In this document: positions 1-12,100 of the stretch, piece after piece
Layout of the letters: each line of letters opens with the position of its first letter
How positions within the stretch are numbered: the first letter of the stretch is position 1
Origin: Phoronis australis
Taxonomy: Eukaryota; Animalia; Phoronida
Direction of reading: 5' to 3'
DNA length: 64,000 nucleotides
Assembly: GCA_002633005.1 (NCBI GenBank)
Contig: NMRA01000035.1
Coordinates: 1,145,059 to 1,209,058, forward strand
Program-made: the position numbers and the translations under genes
The notes under the pieces: generated by a model
What the model was told of the DNA's origin: nothing
Database searches by the model: none
The model's input: only the letters and a program-made list of their open reading frames with translations

Positions 1-559
1 AGAAAATGTTTAGATTATGNATTTCGCGCACGTAGCCCCAGAAACAAGTAAAGGGTTTCAGAATTTCTTAGCAACTGAAAGTAAAGACGTGGCCGTCGTT
101 TTGCGATTAATAAGGTTGTCATTTTCACGTTGGCTGCCTTAATACGATAAAAAGGAGAAGCACATCTCACGATTGTCTGCGGGACCGCTTGCGCGCTAAC
201 GGTGCCGCAGTGCGATATCAGGGATATTGTCGTGGATATTCGGTACATGTAATAAGGACATCTTATGTGAAAAATAAACATTTTTGTCCACCACAAAGTT
301 TGGTAAGTCGATCGCTTAAGAATTAATAGAAACACCGTTGTTTTGTGAAGTTTTATCACGTGTTAAGCAGTGGCCCGAAACTTTCTTCGGCGAATCCGGG
401 AATTTACAAAAGTGGCCGAAAGTGTTAGCCAATGAAACGCGTCAAAGATCGATTCTGCATATCCCATGTTCACGTGACTTGCTTACAAGTCAACGGGAGG
501 GCTGTTCTTGGTTAGTGTTCTTTTGCACTCGGATTAACAAGAGCTGCTTTGTATTTGCC

Positions 560-712
560 AGGTATCTGTTGAGAAGTGTAAAAACTCAGCTCGCATTCGT
601 TGGAAATTCCAGGTCGCATTTTGCGACTTTATACGAGCTGACAAAAATCTCAGCTCGCATTTCCAAATTTCAGGTCGCAAATGCGACCTGCAGCTGGTTA
701 TGTCGAGCCCTG
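560..712. mobile_element. Right terminus of a hAT-like non-autonomous DNA transposon
   Basis: Ends in GGTTATGTCGAGCCCTG (reverse complement CAGGGCTCGACATAACC), the same terminus type as the 20411-21681 element. Subterminal CAGCTCGCATT and GGTCGCA motifs are repeated. The left end was not found. Confidence 0.5.
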
Positions 713-1529
713 TCTATTGTTCTTTATTGTAGTTGATTGTATGCTCTCTATTTGATTTCTTCGCTAGTCACATGAATGTTGTCGTGTTTGACAAACTACC
801 ACTTTAGATAGAGTTTTGAACGGGCTTTCAGAAGATATTTTCCACTTTGGGCTACGACGTCTGCTTTTTGAATTATTCGAGATTTTCGGATACCGTTGTT
901 CCTTCGGTCACGTATGCACGCAGCTGGCTGGCTTTCAGTTCGCTTTGTTTTGGTTATGCCTAGTTGACCCAGACTGACCCAGCCAGCACTGTCCTACTGC
1001 AGACTGGACCGTCATGTTGCGCCATCTATTGTTCTTTATTGTAGTTGATTGTATGCTCTCTATTTGATTTCTTCACTAGTCACATGAATGTTATCGTGTT
1101 TGACAAACTACCACTTTAGATAGAGTTTTGAACGGGCTTTCAGAAGATAATTTCCATTTTGCGCTACGACGTCTATATTTTTTGAATTATTCGAGATTTT
1201 CCGATACCGTTGCTCCTTCGGTCACGTAGGCACGCAGCTGGCTGGCTTTCAGTTCACTTTGTTTTGGTTATGCCTAGTTGAGCCAGACTGACCCAGCCAG
1301 CACTGTCCTACTGTGGCTGAATAGCGCTCTGTAGACTGTACAATTTCAGGCCAAATACTTATTGTAAACATAACTTTGCTTTGCAGACTGTCACATAGCG
1401 CCACCTATTTTAGAATGTGGGAAAAGACACGGTTCGTCCGCCATGTTGCGCCATCTATTGTTCTTTATTGTAGTAGATTGTATGCTCTCTATTTGATTTC
1501 TTCGCTAGTCACATGAATGTTATCGTGTT
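713..1529. repeat. Tandem repeat: two ~310-bp near-identical units plus a partial third
   Basis: TCTATTGTTCTTTATTGTAGT...CACATGAATGTT starts at 713, 1025 and 1454. Units 1 and 2 align over ~290 bp with few substitutions. Confidence 0.9.
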
Positions 1530-1961
1530 ATTCATAATTGCTGTCTTGATCGTCATGATTATCGTCGTCTCCCTCATCGTCGTCGTTTCGATTAATTCCG
1601 TCAAGTGTCGCTCCTCCGAGCGCTCTCGTTTTGTTCGTTACTGGTTTCGTAGAACACCAAGCATATTTGAGTTATCAATTCTGAGCTTATTGACTTTCAG
1701 GGTCCAACTTTTATGTTTTATTAAAGTGAGTAGTGTCAGTGGTGGATACGAGGAATAGAAAAACTCAAGGGCCTGTGTTTGCGTCTGTATTGCTGGCGAA
1801 AGCGCCACCTGGTCAAATCCTACCGTGGACATAACAAAGCCTTCAACTGATCAGATTACAAAAATTAATCACGAGGTAGAAAAATTGAATTTGGAACACA
1901 AGGAATAAAGCTACATTCCTGATCTCAACTGGTCCATAGTTACAAACATTCAAGAGAATAC

Positions 1962-2018
1962 CTGGAATTGTATGAGACTTTCTGTCTGCTCCGGCGACAA
2001 ATCCTCAACTTCCGCCAT
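1962..2018 (-). CDS. FAF2: FAS-associated factor 2 (UBXD8)-like, first coding exon; the rest of the gene is probably left of the window
   Basis: The minus strand reads MAEVEDLSPEQTESLIQFQ followed by a GT donor (CAG|GTATTC). This matches the FAF2 N-terminus as I recall it (human MAAPEERDLTQEQTEKLLQFQ). It is too short for the ORF track. Confidence 0.75.
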
Positions 2019-3174
2019 ATTTGCTGTAATAATCTCAGACCAAATATGGTGCTCAGTTTAGTCACTATAGAAAATAAGAGCAAATACGTACAGCAATGAT
2101 GTTTTATATTAAATTAAACCAGTAAATTTTACCTTTTTCAAACGACTATTACAAATATATTCGTCATCAAGGTAACATTTTGAGACTATAACGGTAGGTG
2201 GTCACCACTAGAGGTCTCTTCCACACCAGAAAGTATCCACCGACTGACTAACCACTCGGTGGTTTCGCGCTTTAGTGAGAATGTAACTACTTTGTGCTTT
2301 TTAACTTAACTTAGACACACGTTTACGATGAATATTTTATGCAAATCTTGTGATGGCGTCCAATCTTGACTAATTGACTTGGTCCCGTTTGATAAACAGA
2401 TCTCATCCCTGTCCCTGACCCTGTCTAGCGGGTCTCTGTTTAAATTACAAACAATGAGTTGCAACAAACTGTGCTGTATCTGTGCACGATTATTGTTATG
2501 AGACATGGTGAGGTTCGGGTGCCTGTGGCATTGTGTTTGTCTACATGTTCTGCCTCTGGGTGCTGACTGTCACCGGTCACAACCAGAGACCAGGGAGCCA
2601 ATCGGCGCCAACTCGAAAGGGGTCTGAAACTGAACCTGACTTGAGGTGTATATAATTGATATTGTGGATTGTGAAAAATACTCCCAGTCTGGCTTGTGGC
2701 TAATGGCCTTTGAAATGCCCTTACTTTCCAAGGGAGTTAATTGCTCTTGGGCCGACCAGTCGAGACAAAGAATCACTGCTTTGGGCCTGGGCCCAAATCT
2801 CTTAGATTTTCCTTCAGAATTCCTCCGTCTCCGCAATTAAAAAAATTGCCATGTAAGGGGGTTTTGAGACCCTTTCTGTAGCCATGCTAAATAATGTTTC
2901 TGATTTTTCAGGTTCCCCAACAATGCTAAAGGTTTAGATTTTGAACCCACTGCCACGTGGTCTGGAGCCAAATCCCTGCATTCTACATGGTGTTTAACAA
3001 ATGCGAATAATTGTAATTTAACATTTTTTTTAGCGTTCTACTATGACATAAGAACACTCGGCTTTATATCCAAGCAAATTGCAAATTTTAAAGATTTATT
3101 TTGTAGTTGAGTAGGATAATTGTTTTGGTTCTGATTTGTGACATTTATAAGTATGTCCCTGTGTAATTGCAGCC
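2019..3174. promoter_or_regulatory. Candidate bidirectional promoter and 5' UTR region between FAF2 and KYNU
   Basis: The divergent start codons are ~1.15 kb apart. The KYNU ATG is preceded by a splice acceptor (TTGCAG|CCATG at 3172), implying an upstream non-coding exon; a candidate donor is AAG|GTAACA near 2171. Confidence 0.45.
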
Positions 3175-6100
3175 ATGGCATCCCAAAACTGTTTTAAGCC
3201 CCTGCAAAAGCATCCAGGTGATGTTTTGAGTGACAAAGCCCAGTCATGGGGATTGAAAGTTACAGATGTAGAGTTTGCCAAGCGAATGGATAATGAGGAT
3301 ACCTTGAGACACTTGCGACAGGAGTTCTGTTATCCAAAGAATAAGGAATTGCCAAAAGGTAGTTAAAGAACAAAATTCAGATTTTTATGTGTTGAGTGAT
3401 GTGTGACTTACTATGGTTAAGGTAACTGCATACCTTCATTACTGTTTGGCAGTTTCATTAAAAAGTAAGACCAAGTGTGAAATTTGGTCTTGCACTCGCA
3501 CTTCACAATTACTGAATAAAGTTTTAGTCATCTAATTATTAACACTTGAAAACCTATGTACAAATTATCTCGGTAATTATCTGTTTGTTCTAAGAGACTT
3601 TGTACTTTTGCTAAAGTGAGATTTACTTGATTTTCCTGAAGTATTTGCGTATTTAAGCCTGAACTTACTTTTCATGAAACAGACCCCAGGGATCACGTGC
3701 ATTCCTTACAATTTATTTATAAATACTAATTAAAAACCCATTGAAGCATATTTTCAAAATCCTTGGTGACGACAGTTACATACTGTGTGCGTGTAAATAC
3801 CCCGGTTATGCGCACTTGATGTCGTGTGATAGGGTGGTTTTTTTAATTGTTTATTTATTATTATTGTGATATTTAAAATGAGGGTGGCCTCTTCAGTGAC
3901 AGCACTGCTTTCCAAGAGGGTGCTGTTTTTTATGGAGATCGAACGATTTGTGTGAAAACTTCTACCGGTGCAAGTTAAGTTAATTTCATTGAACAATGAT
4001 TAGGTGATAAGATCGTCAAGAATCTTTAAAACACTTGGTTTCTTGGGTTTGTGGCCAGACCAGTATTTAAAAGATTTTCAATTAATGTGACCCTTGTTAA
4101 TGACGGTTTGAAAACCACAGGGAAACCACAGTTAAAGCTGGTATACATGTGGTATTGGAAACATTGGAGGTGGTAAAAGTTTATGTCGTGGAGTAACGAA
4201 ATGTTTTGATTTTAGTGGATACAAGCTTAGTTGACCCTGATGCTGAGTCTGTGTACTTCTGTGGAAACTCGCTAGGCCTGATGCCCAAGATAACCCCACA
4301 GCTGGTGAACAGAGAACTTGATAAGTGGGCGAGAATGTAAGTAAATTTTTAGTTCTTAGTGTATCACGACTCTTCCCTTAAGAAGACGTTTGAAATTTGA
4401 CTGTAAACTATTTCTGATTTCATTTCATGAAACTGTAAAATCATGCATGAGCCTCACAATTTCGAAAGTTCATGTGTTTCTGAACAACAAATGTCTGACT
4501 TTTGAATATAGGATGAAGACAGAAATGATCACTGCGTAAAGATTAGACTCCTATCTTAAAATGCCATTTTGCTTTTTTATGTTGGATGCTCTTTTGCAAT
4601 AACTTCTCAACTTTATTACTTCATGTTCATTTACAAACACTCTAGTTGTCATTTGTTCAAAGCCTTGATTCATTATATCTAAGCACTTCACTACATGGAA
4701 CTCGAAAGTCACTAGGTGTCACAAATGAAGCAAAGGACCTTGCCATAGAAATGCCTCATTCAGGTAACTTTCGTGGGTCCTTGAAACCATGGATAACCAC
4801 TGGCTGACAATCCAGCATTGTGCAAAAGTGTCTTCTACTCCTCTGAGCTCGGTCTTACTAGTGAATGTATGCAAGGGAGTGAATGAGAACCCGGATGTAA
4901 TGCAAAAGCTATTTCTGGGGCTGTGCTCGTTTTTTATTTCAATTTTTAATTAATAGCTGATTTTCAAAATATCCATGTCATATTGAAACTCACTAACCTG
5001 CCAGACGGCAATCAGGTCTTTGGTCTACAAGCATTCTGCATCACCTACAGATCCCATATAATGCGGACGGCAAGTTTTTAACCTATTGATATAAACAGCG
5101 TTTCAACATCTTTCCTGCTATTTTAATGACTGTACTTCGGGAGCAAGTTTTCGATAATACAGAATTTTTTAAATGCACGACACTTTTCATTGTTCACAGT
5201 CTTTATTCCGTTACGTTGGTACTTTCGGAACAAAACATTACTCTCAACTGAACATAGATACAGTAACTGACCTAGCGACATAATTAAAAGACACACGATA
5301 TTTCGAAACATACTTGTTTCATTCTCAAGTGAAGATAAGTACGAACGTAACGGAATAGAGACTGTGAACAATGAAAAGTATCGTGCATTTAACAAATTCT
5401 GCTATTTTAATGAATACATTTCCCACTGCAAAAAAGTGTTTGTCAACAAATCCAGTGGCTCAGGCTGATAAAGTGTGAAAATTTCGATCCCAGCCGGTGT
5501 CAAAAGCTAAAACAAATTAGTGAACTTATCGCACAATAGGAGGCGCTGACAGTGAAATTTATTCCTCTGCTTTTAAATTAATGAACCACTATGTAGTATT
5601 TGGATTTCTGTTCACCAATTCTGTGTCGGGATCAATTAGAAGTAATTATCGTGCTCTTGTTAGGCTCCCGCGCTGTGGAGTGAGTTTCCTGATTTTGCTG
5701 ATCAGAATTCGGGATACAGCCGTGTCGTTATCAGTTTGACAGTGATAGCAAGGGGAGAAAATTGGCAAACCAGTGTTTACATTGTCCAGTGCTATCATTG
5801 TCTGCGTTCATTTGATAAGCTCGCGTAAGTCAGCAATCGTGTTGTAAACAATGTGCCTGATGCTAACCAATATCTAAAAAATACTATTTCCAGTTCAACA
5901 AATGTAGTGAAGAAGATGTGTCTTTTATAATACGCCATCATGAGAAAACTTCGAACGTAGAAAAATTGTTGACTTTCAGAGAAATTAGGCTTAACTTTGA
6001 CCTGCTGATTCCTCTGCGTAACTGTAAGCTCTGTTCCCCTTTACTATCACAGCATTGTGTACCAACACAATAGGCTTGTTTGTCAAGTTTAATAGAACAT

Positions 6101-9100
6101 TTGACCGTGATGCTGGAAATTTCTTTGGTTTTGACAGTCCAGGGTAATGGTATGTAACGTCGTTATTCTAGAGAGCGCCAATATGAAAAGTCTCCTATTG
6201 CTTTCTGCTCTTGAGTTATTCAGATGTCAAAAGAGGGATCTTATTTACTTGCACCACCTAGTGTGAAAATCGAGTTCCCATTACTCAGAAGGCAGTAAGA
6301 AAACTGCCCAAAAGTGACTGTTTTCCTGTGATATTTAGGTATTGCAGGAGTAAATACACATTTAAGGTTTGTAAGTTCACAAGACAATTCAATTTTTGAA
6401 TCTTGGTGTCACGCCTGCTTTTAGAATATTTTTTCTCAAAAATTTTTATAATGGTAATTAAAATATCAACTTGCTCAGATTTTAAAATTAGTTGTGTTTT
6501 CTCCATGTATATCAAAACAACGAAGGATTTAAACCGCCAATGCTCCTTTCAATTACTTTGCTATAATAGACCAAGCAGAAACAACAAAGGAGCTGAAAAT
6601 TCACGAGCCTCTACATATCAGTTGGTGTTAGCCCAGTCTCAATAGGCAACTGCCGCGCTATAGGCTGTCTTCGGTAGTCTAGTCTGTTGCTACTCCCCTG
6701 TAACTGACTGTCTGTGTATCATTACTTGTTGTTGGGCCTAGCAAGGTGGCCACTGCTTTTTTTCTGATGATGGTGTTTTAATAAACGCCGAAAAATGTCA
6801 AGCTGGTTTAAATGTATCGTTGTTTTTATTAATATAGTTGTGTTTTGTGTCTATGGCTGCTGTCAGGATGTTTTTCAAGACAAACAAGGAAACAATGTTC
6901 TGTTTGATTCCTACTCTTTTTTGCTCACTTGCACTTTCATTCCTAACTCTAACTCTGAGGCTTTGTTTCTCTAAAGAGAATGGTGTGTATGACAAGTTCT
7001 CTAACACAATCAAAAATTATACAACTGTTATTAAACCTATCAGCTCATAGGTTGGGATCTGCAAATTTTCAGCTATTTATGTCCACCCCTGTCAGTCTAA
7101 ACCACCAATCTTTTTGGTTTTCTTGGAGAACTTAACATTAATTTCATTTACTCAAGTGCTTGGATGCTAACCGTTTTTTTTCCCAACTAACTAGGGGTGT
7201 GTATGGGCACCGAGAGGAGGTCATGCCATGGGCGTTCTGTGACGAGTGTATTGATTCAGACATGGCAAACTTAGTGGGTGAGTTCAAACTGGCTATTAAT
7301 ACATAGGTAAAGGGAAAACACCCAAGGCACTTCTGTACCTCTCTCGCATGTTCCTACAGTGTATATCGTGCACTGATCCAGAGATGATTGTAAAAAGTTG
7401 CACATTTGTAATGCTAGGCGCTTTCAGTGATTGTGTGCCACAAACTGTCTGCTGAACATACTGAAGCCTCTAGCATAGTATCCAGCTAACAATCTGCGTA
7501 TTATGTATGCCTTCTGAATAAGTCTTGACCGAAATCTTAAACGTGTGTATTTGTGACGTACTTTTTCAGTGGCGTGAATGGTCACTTTATGGGAGAAATG
7601 CCTTGGGCGTTTTGTGATGAGGTTATCGAAGACGACATGGCTTCCATTGTCGGTGAGCTATTGGCTGAGTGTTTTCTTTTAACGATCTTGAGGGTTCAGT
7701 GTCACTTTAAAGCATGCTTTACCCGAGGCTGCATCTTAGTGTCACCTCTGACTCTTATCTGGTGTTTCTGCCCGGTGGATAGGTGTCTGGCATCCGCAGC
7801 TCTATATCCGAAGACCATTGGTGGGTTGTCATGGAATGAGCTCCCACTGTAGCTTAGAAGTTTGTGATACACCATCTGAATATATTTCATCCATTTGTAT
7901 TGCTCTAGTTAAAAATGTCTGTACTGGTTACCTAGAATTTTATGTTTTTTGCACTTCTAAGGACGTCCTTTGTCCATGCCTCCTGTTATCTCTTGTATTG
8001 CCTGAATTTCGAAGTTTTCTGAACAAATCGCACATTGAGCCAAAATTTGAATGATTCTAGAGGCTGTCCAGAATAGTGTGTGGGTTATGGAAATGTATTT
8101 GATGACAAGACATGCATTGTATAAAGTTGTAGATTTTTCTTCTAATCATTTGTTATTAAATGAAATAGACGGTGTTATGCACATTGCACATATTTTCTTT
8201 GTTTTCCTTCATATTGGGTGCTGCTAAATGTATTCTCTGTTTTTCTTTGCCTCATTATCATAACAGATATTGCTAATTAATTGACAGGTGCTAAGCGTGA
8301 AGAGGTTGCTCTGATGAATGGGTTGACAGTAAACCTACATCTTCTGTTAACATCTTTTTATCAACCAACACCTCAGCGACACAAGATTCTTTTGGAGAGC
8401 AAAGCATTCCCGTCTGATCATGTGAGTTATTGTTGCTATTTTGTCTCAACATTTTCCCATTAAGCGCCCTCTGTTGTGTTAGCAAGTAGTGACTGCATTT
8501 TCTATTCAGTACCACTATGCTGAATGACTGATAAAAAGTAACAATGTGTAAATTATTAGTTAACTGGAAACTCCCTGAAAATTTTCTGTTGACGTTGCAG
8601 AGCTGTCTGGCTCCTTTTCAAGAATGATGACATAATTCTGGAAAAATTGCATTCCCTCTGCCAGACAATAACTCCAGGGCTTTGAATCTCGAGGCAGGCT
8701 CCTCTGTGTCTCCAAAGTAATGTTTGTGATTGGTCTCGGTGTTCCAAGTAATTTTTGTATCCTTGATTAGCTGTCGATTTCCTGCGTTTTGTTGACCCAG
8801 ATCTAGAATGGTGTCATATAGACCTTGGTCTTGGTTCATGGTGGGTAATCCACTCATTGAAAAAGACCATTAGATGAGGGTGAAAACATCGAGTCATCAA
8901 TCACAGACAAGTTCGTAGTTAGTGAATTTTTACCTACTCAACATCGTCACGAACTATGAAAAACCTAGTTTATTGCATGCGTGATGTGGTCAACTGCGTG
9001 ATATAAAGTTAACACTTATCACCATTTGTACAGATACTCTATCAGAGGCTGCCCATCATGCACAAATGAGCACAACATGGAAACATAAAATCATTGAAAC

Positions 9101-12100
9101 CACAAAATATGTAATGAAAACCGTCTGCCACTAATTGTGTTACTCTTAGTGATACGTTTGTTGAATACTTTTTTAACGCTGTATTTCACTGTAGTGTTCA
9201 AACCTTGTATTTAAAGAATTGTCCACTTTTCTTTCAGTATGCCTTTGAATCCCAAATTCGTTACCATGGATATGACCCTGCCTCAAGCATGATCTGCATG
9301 GAACCCAGAGAGGTAACATTAGCTGTCCGCTATTGTCTTGCACTGCTTGGAAACAGAATGAAATTGCCAGGGGAGGTGACCCCTGCTTGGCGATTTGCTC
9401 TTGCGATATCGGGGGGGGGGGTCCTTTGCTATTGTGTAGGGGGAACTACAGGTCTGTCCATGGTCAGGCCCCTAGAGACCCTAGTTTTCCATTTCAAAAA
9501 TGTAGAAATCTACTTTAGTAAATGCAAAATACTTTTGTTTTCATCTTGTGCATTTAGCAAATTGTGTTTTACTGTTTTGAAGTAATTAATAACATAAAAA
9601 TTGTATGTGAATTGCCTTACAATTTCCTCTGAGTTGTGCTGCAGCTCCGTTTTGCTGCAGCTCCGTTTTGCCAATACCTGTTGCACGCCATTTTATTTTT
9701 CATAACCGGAAAAGAAACCAGAATGAATGAACAGCTATTTGAGCATGTCTAAACTATTGGTGATTGATTTGTGGCCAGAATTCTCAAATTCAGTAGATTA
9801 TATTCTGGTAATTAAAACCAAAAATTTTAGTAGAGTTATGTTATCTGCCACTAAACTATGTTTCTTCCATTAGAAATCTGTAATTCTGTGAATTCCTTCC
9901 ATTTTCTGTGATCGCGGAAAAAAACTCAGGGTCGTTAGACACTGCTCTGCTCATGATCCTGTATTTGCGCCTGTATAGCATTATATTGTGATTCAGTAAA
10001 TATGTTACACCTGCATATTTCATAGTTATTACTGGAGTGTTGTATTGTACTACAATGTTTGTGACTTAAATGCGACGCCAGTATTATTTATTGTATTCTT
10101 TTTAATATCACAAACGTGGGACAATTATAGTATGAACTGGCATCTGGTGCTAAATCTACTGCCAATCTGAGAAACTATCAGTTAAGCTTATTAAGTGTAA
10201 ATGGAACGTTGTCTTAAACACAACATGTCTTAAACGTTATAGCTAAGAGACAAAGATATATGCTTGATCACCTCTTGCCTGCTCGTGTAAGGTGGTGCTG
10301 CTGTCTTCCGTTTCATTTCTCACGTATTTGCGACTTTTGAGATTTTTTGCACGAACTAATCGCTGAGGTCTCAGATAGCATGCCCTAGAAAATGTTTGCC
10401 TGACTGCCATTTCAGGGCGAGTTCACATTACGCACAGAGGACATTCTGGCCAAAATTGAGGAGGAGGGTGACTCTATTGCCGTGGTTTGCTTCAGCGGTG
10501 TACAGTACTACACAGGGCAAATGTTTGACATGCCAGCTATTACTGTGGCGGGGCAGAAAAAGGTAGAATAAATTTTTCATTTTTCTTAGAATTTGAAGGG
10601 GAAAGCAACCATTTTTGATGTTCTCTTTAATAAAAACGCTTGTCCTTGGTATCCATGTAGAGACATTGTTCTGTGTTAATTACCATTTGCTTTCCATTGA
10701 AGAGTAGGAAGTGATGTCATTGGCCCAACAAAGGGCCAGCATTTTCTGTGTGCATTCATGTCCTGCACTGTATTGAACGCATTTTGTGGAGGTCATACGT
10801 GTTTGCTCAATGAGAGTAAATGCAGAACCAGGTTAAAAATTGACATATTACCCACCCATGACATTCACCTTGCATGTAAAACAGTCATGGAAAACCATAA
10901 GTCTTTCTTTTAGACTCTGAAGTATTTCTTTCAATAAATGGAAAAGTAAAAAAGCCAAGGCTTGCTTTTAAAATGTCCCATCAAAGTAGTTGCGCTAGTT
11001 GTGAGCCCTGCTGGGCCCTAGTTTGTTCTCTGAATCAGACTCGAAATTATAATTGTCTATGATTCTGTGGTCGAGTACATTATGTTTTATGTGGTTTACT
11101 GTCTAATTCTAGTTTGGACTTTATGTTCCCCGCTGTGGGGTCAGCTGCATTACATTTGCCTCTAACAAAGAGCTGGAGTTTGTCAGCAGTAATGTGCAGT
11201 CCAGATAACTAAAATGACTAATCTTCTATTTGTTGTGGTCCTTAACATATTTCCTGTTTTTGTTGATTTGTTCTCAGGGTTGCTATGTTGGATTTGACCT
11301 TGCCCATGCTGTAGGCAATGTTGAGCTGTATTTACACGACTGGAACGTAGACTTTGCCTGTTGGTGTACGTACAAGGTAAGTGAAGCTGCTGTCATCCTA
11401 CATTCTATTGACGATGTTCGTTTTGTGCCAAATAAGTAGTAGAAACCCCAGCACAATTGTCGTTAACATTCTGTACACATACGAGTCCAACGTTTTGACG
11501 AAGTTCAGTTCATCATTCTCAAGGAGTTCATCAAAACCCAACAACAGGGTTATAAGTAACAAAATCAACTGAACCAACACTCACTTGTAAAGCAGTCGCC
11601 TTCAAAGGTCAAAGCTATCCCCAAAGGGTGAGCTCAGCTGACCCCAGGTTGCCTTTCATTGAAGCCCTAGGGTTTAGATCAACAATGGCAAGGCTCTCTT
11701 TAATAGCCAATCTGAATCTATTTACATCATTGTGAAGAATTGTAGGATTAGCACAATCTATTACATGACCTGTTACCATAGAATGAATACAGAGGGCACT
11801 GTTGTCACTTTTCGAATGTTCTTTTGCTCTTTGACCTAATCTAGTTGTCATACCAACATAAAACTCACCACACTGGCAGTTAAATCTGTGTACAACATTA
11901 GTCCTCTGCAAGCGTTCTGCATTTTGTGCCTGAACCTGCTATCCCGGCATCTTACGGATGTTGCAGGATGAGTATACGCAACTGGGTACATACCCAGTCA
12001 GCAGCCCAGTGGGCATCACTTAACTCCTGCAGAGAAACCAAGGAGAATTTTCCCAACGTAATCTAACCAAAAGGTTCAAAAAGCCTTCTGAGTCTAGAGA

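Noticed and set aside
1513-1758. Hydrophobic 81-aa ORF resembling a signal or TM peptide
   Set aside because: It begins inside the third tandem-repeat unit and derives from ATC/GTC low-complexity sequence; there is no splice or homology support.
8600-8716. Extra cassette exon in KYNU intron 4
   Set aside because: It has AG/GT-like ends but an in-frame TGA and no similarity to kynureninase.
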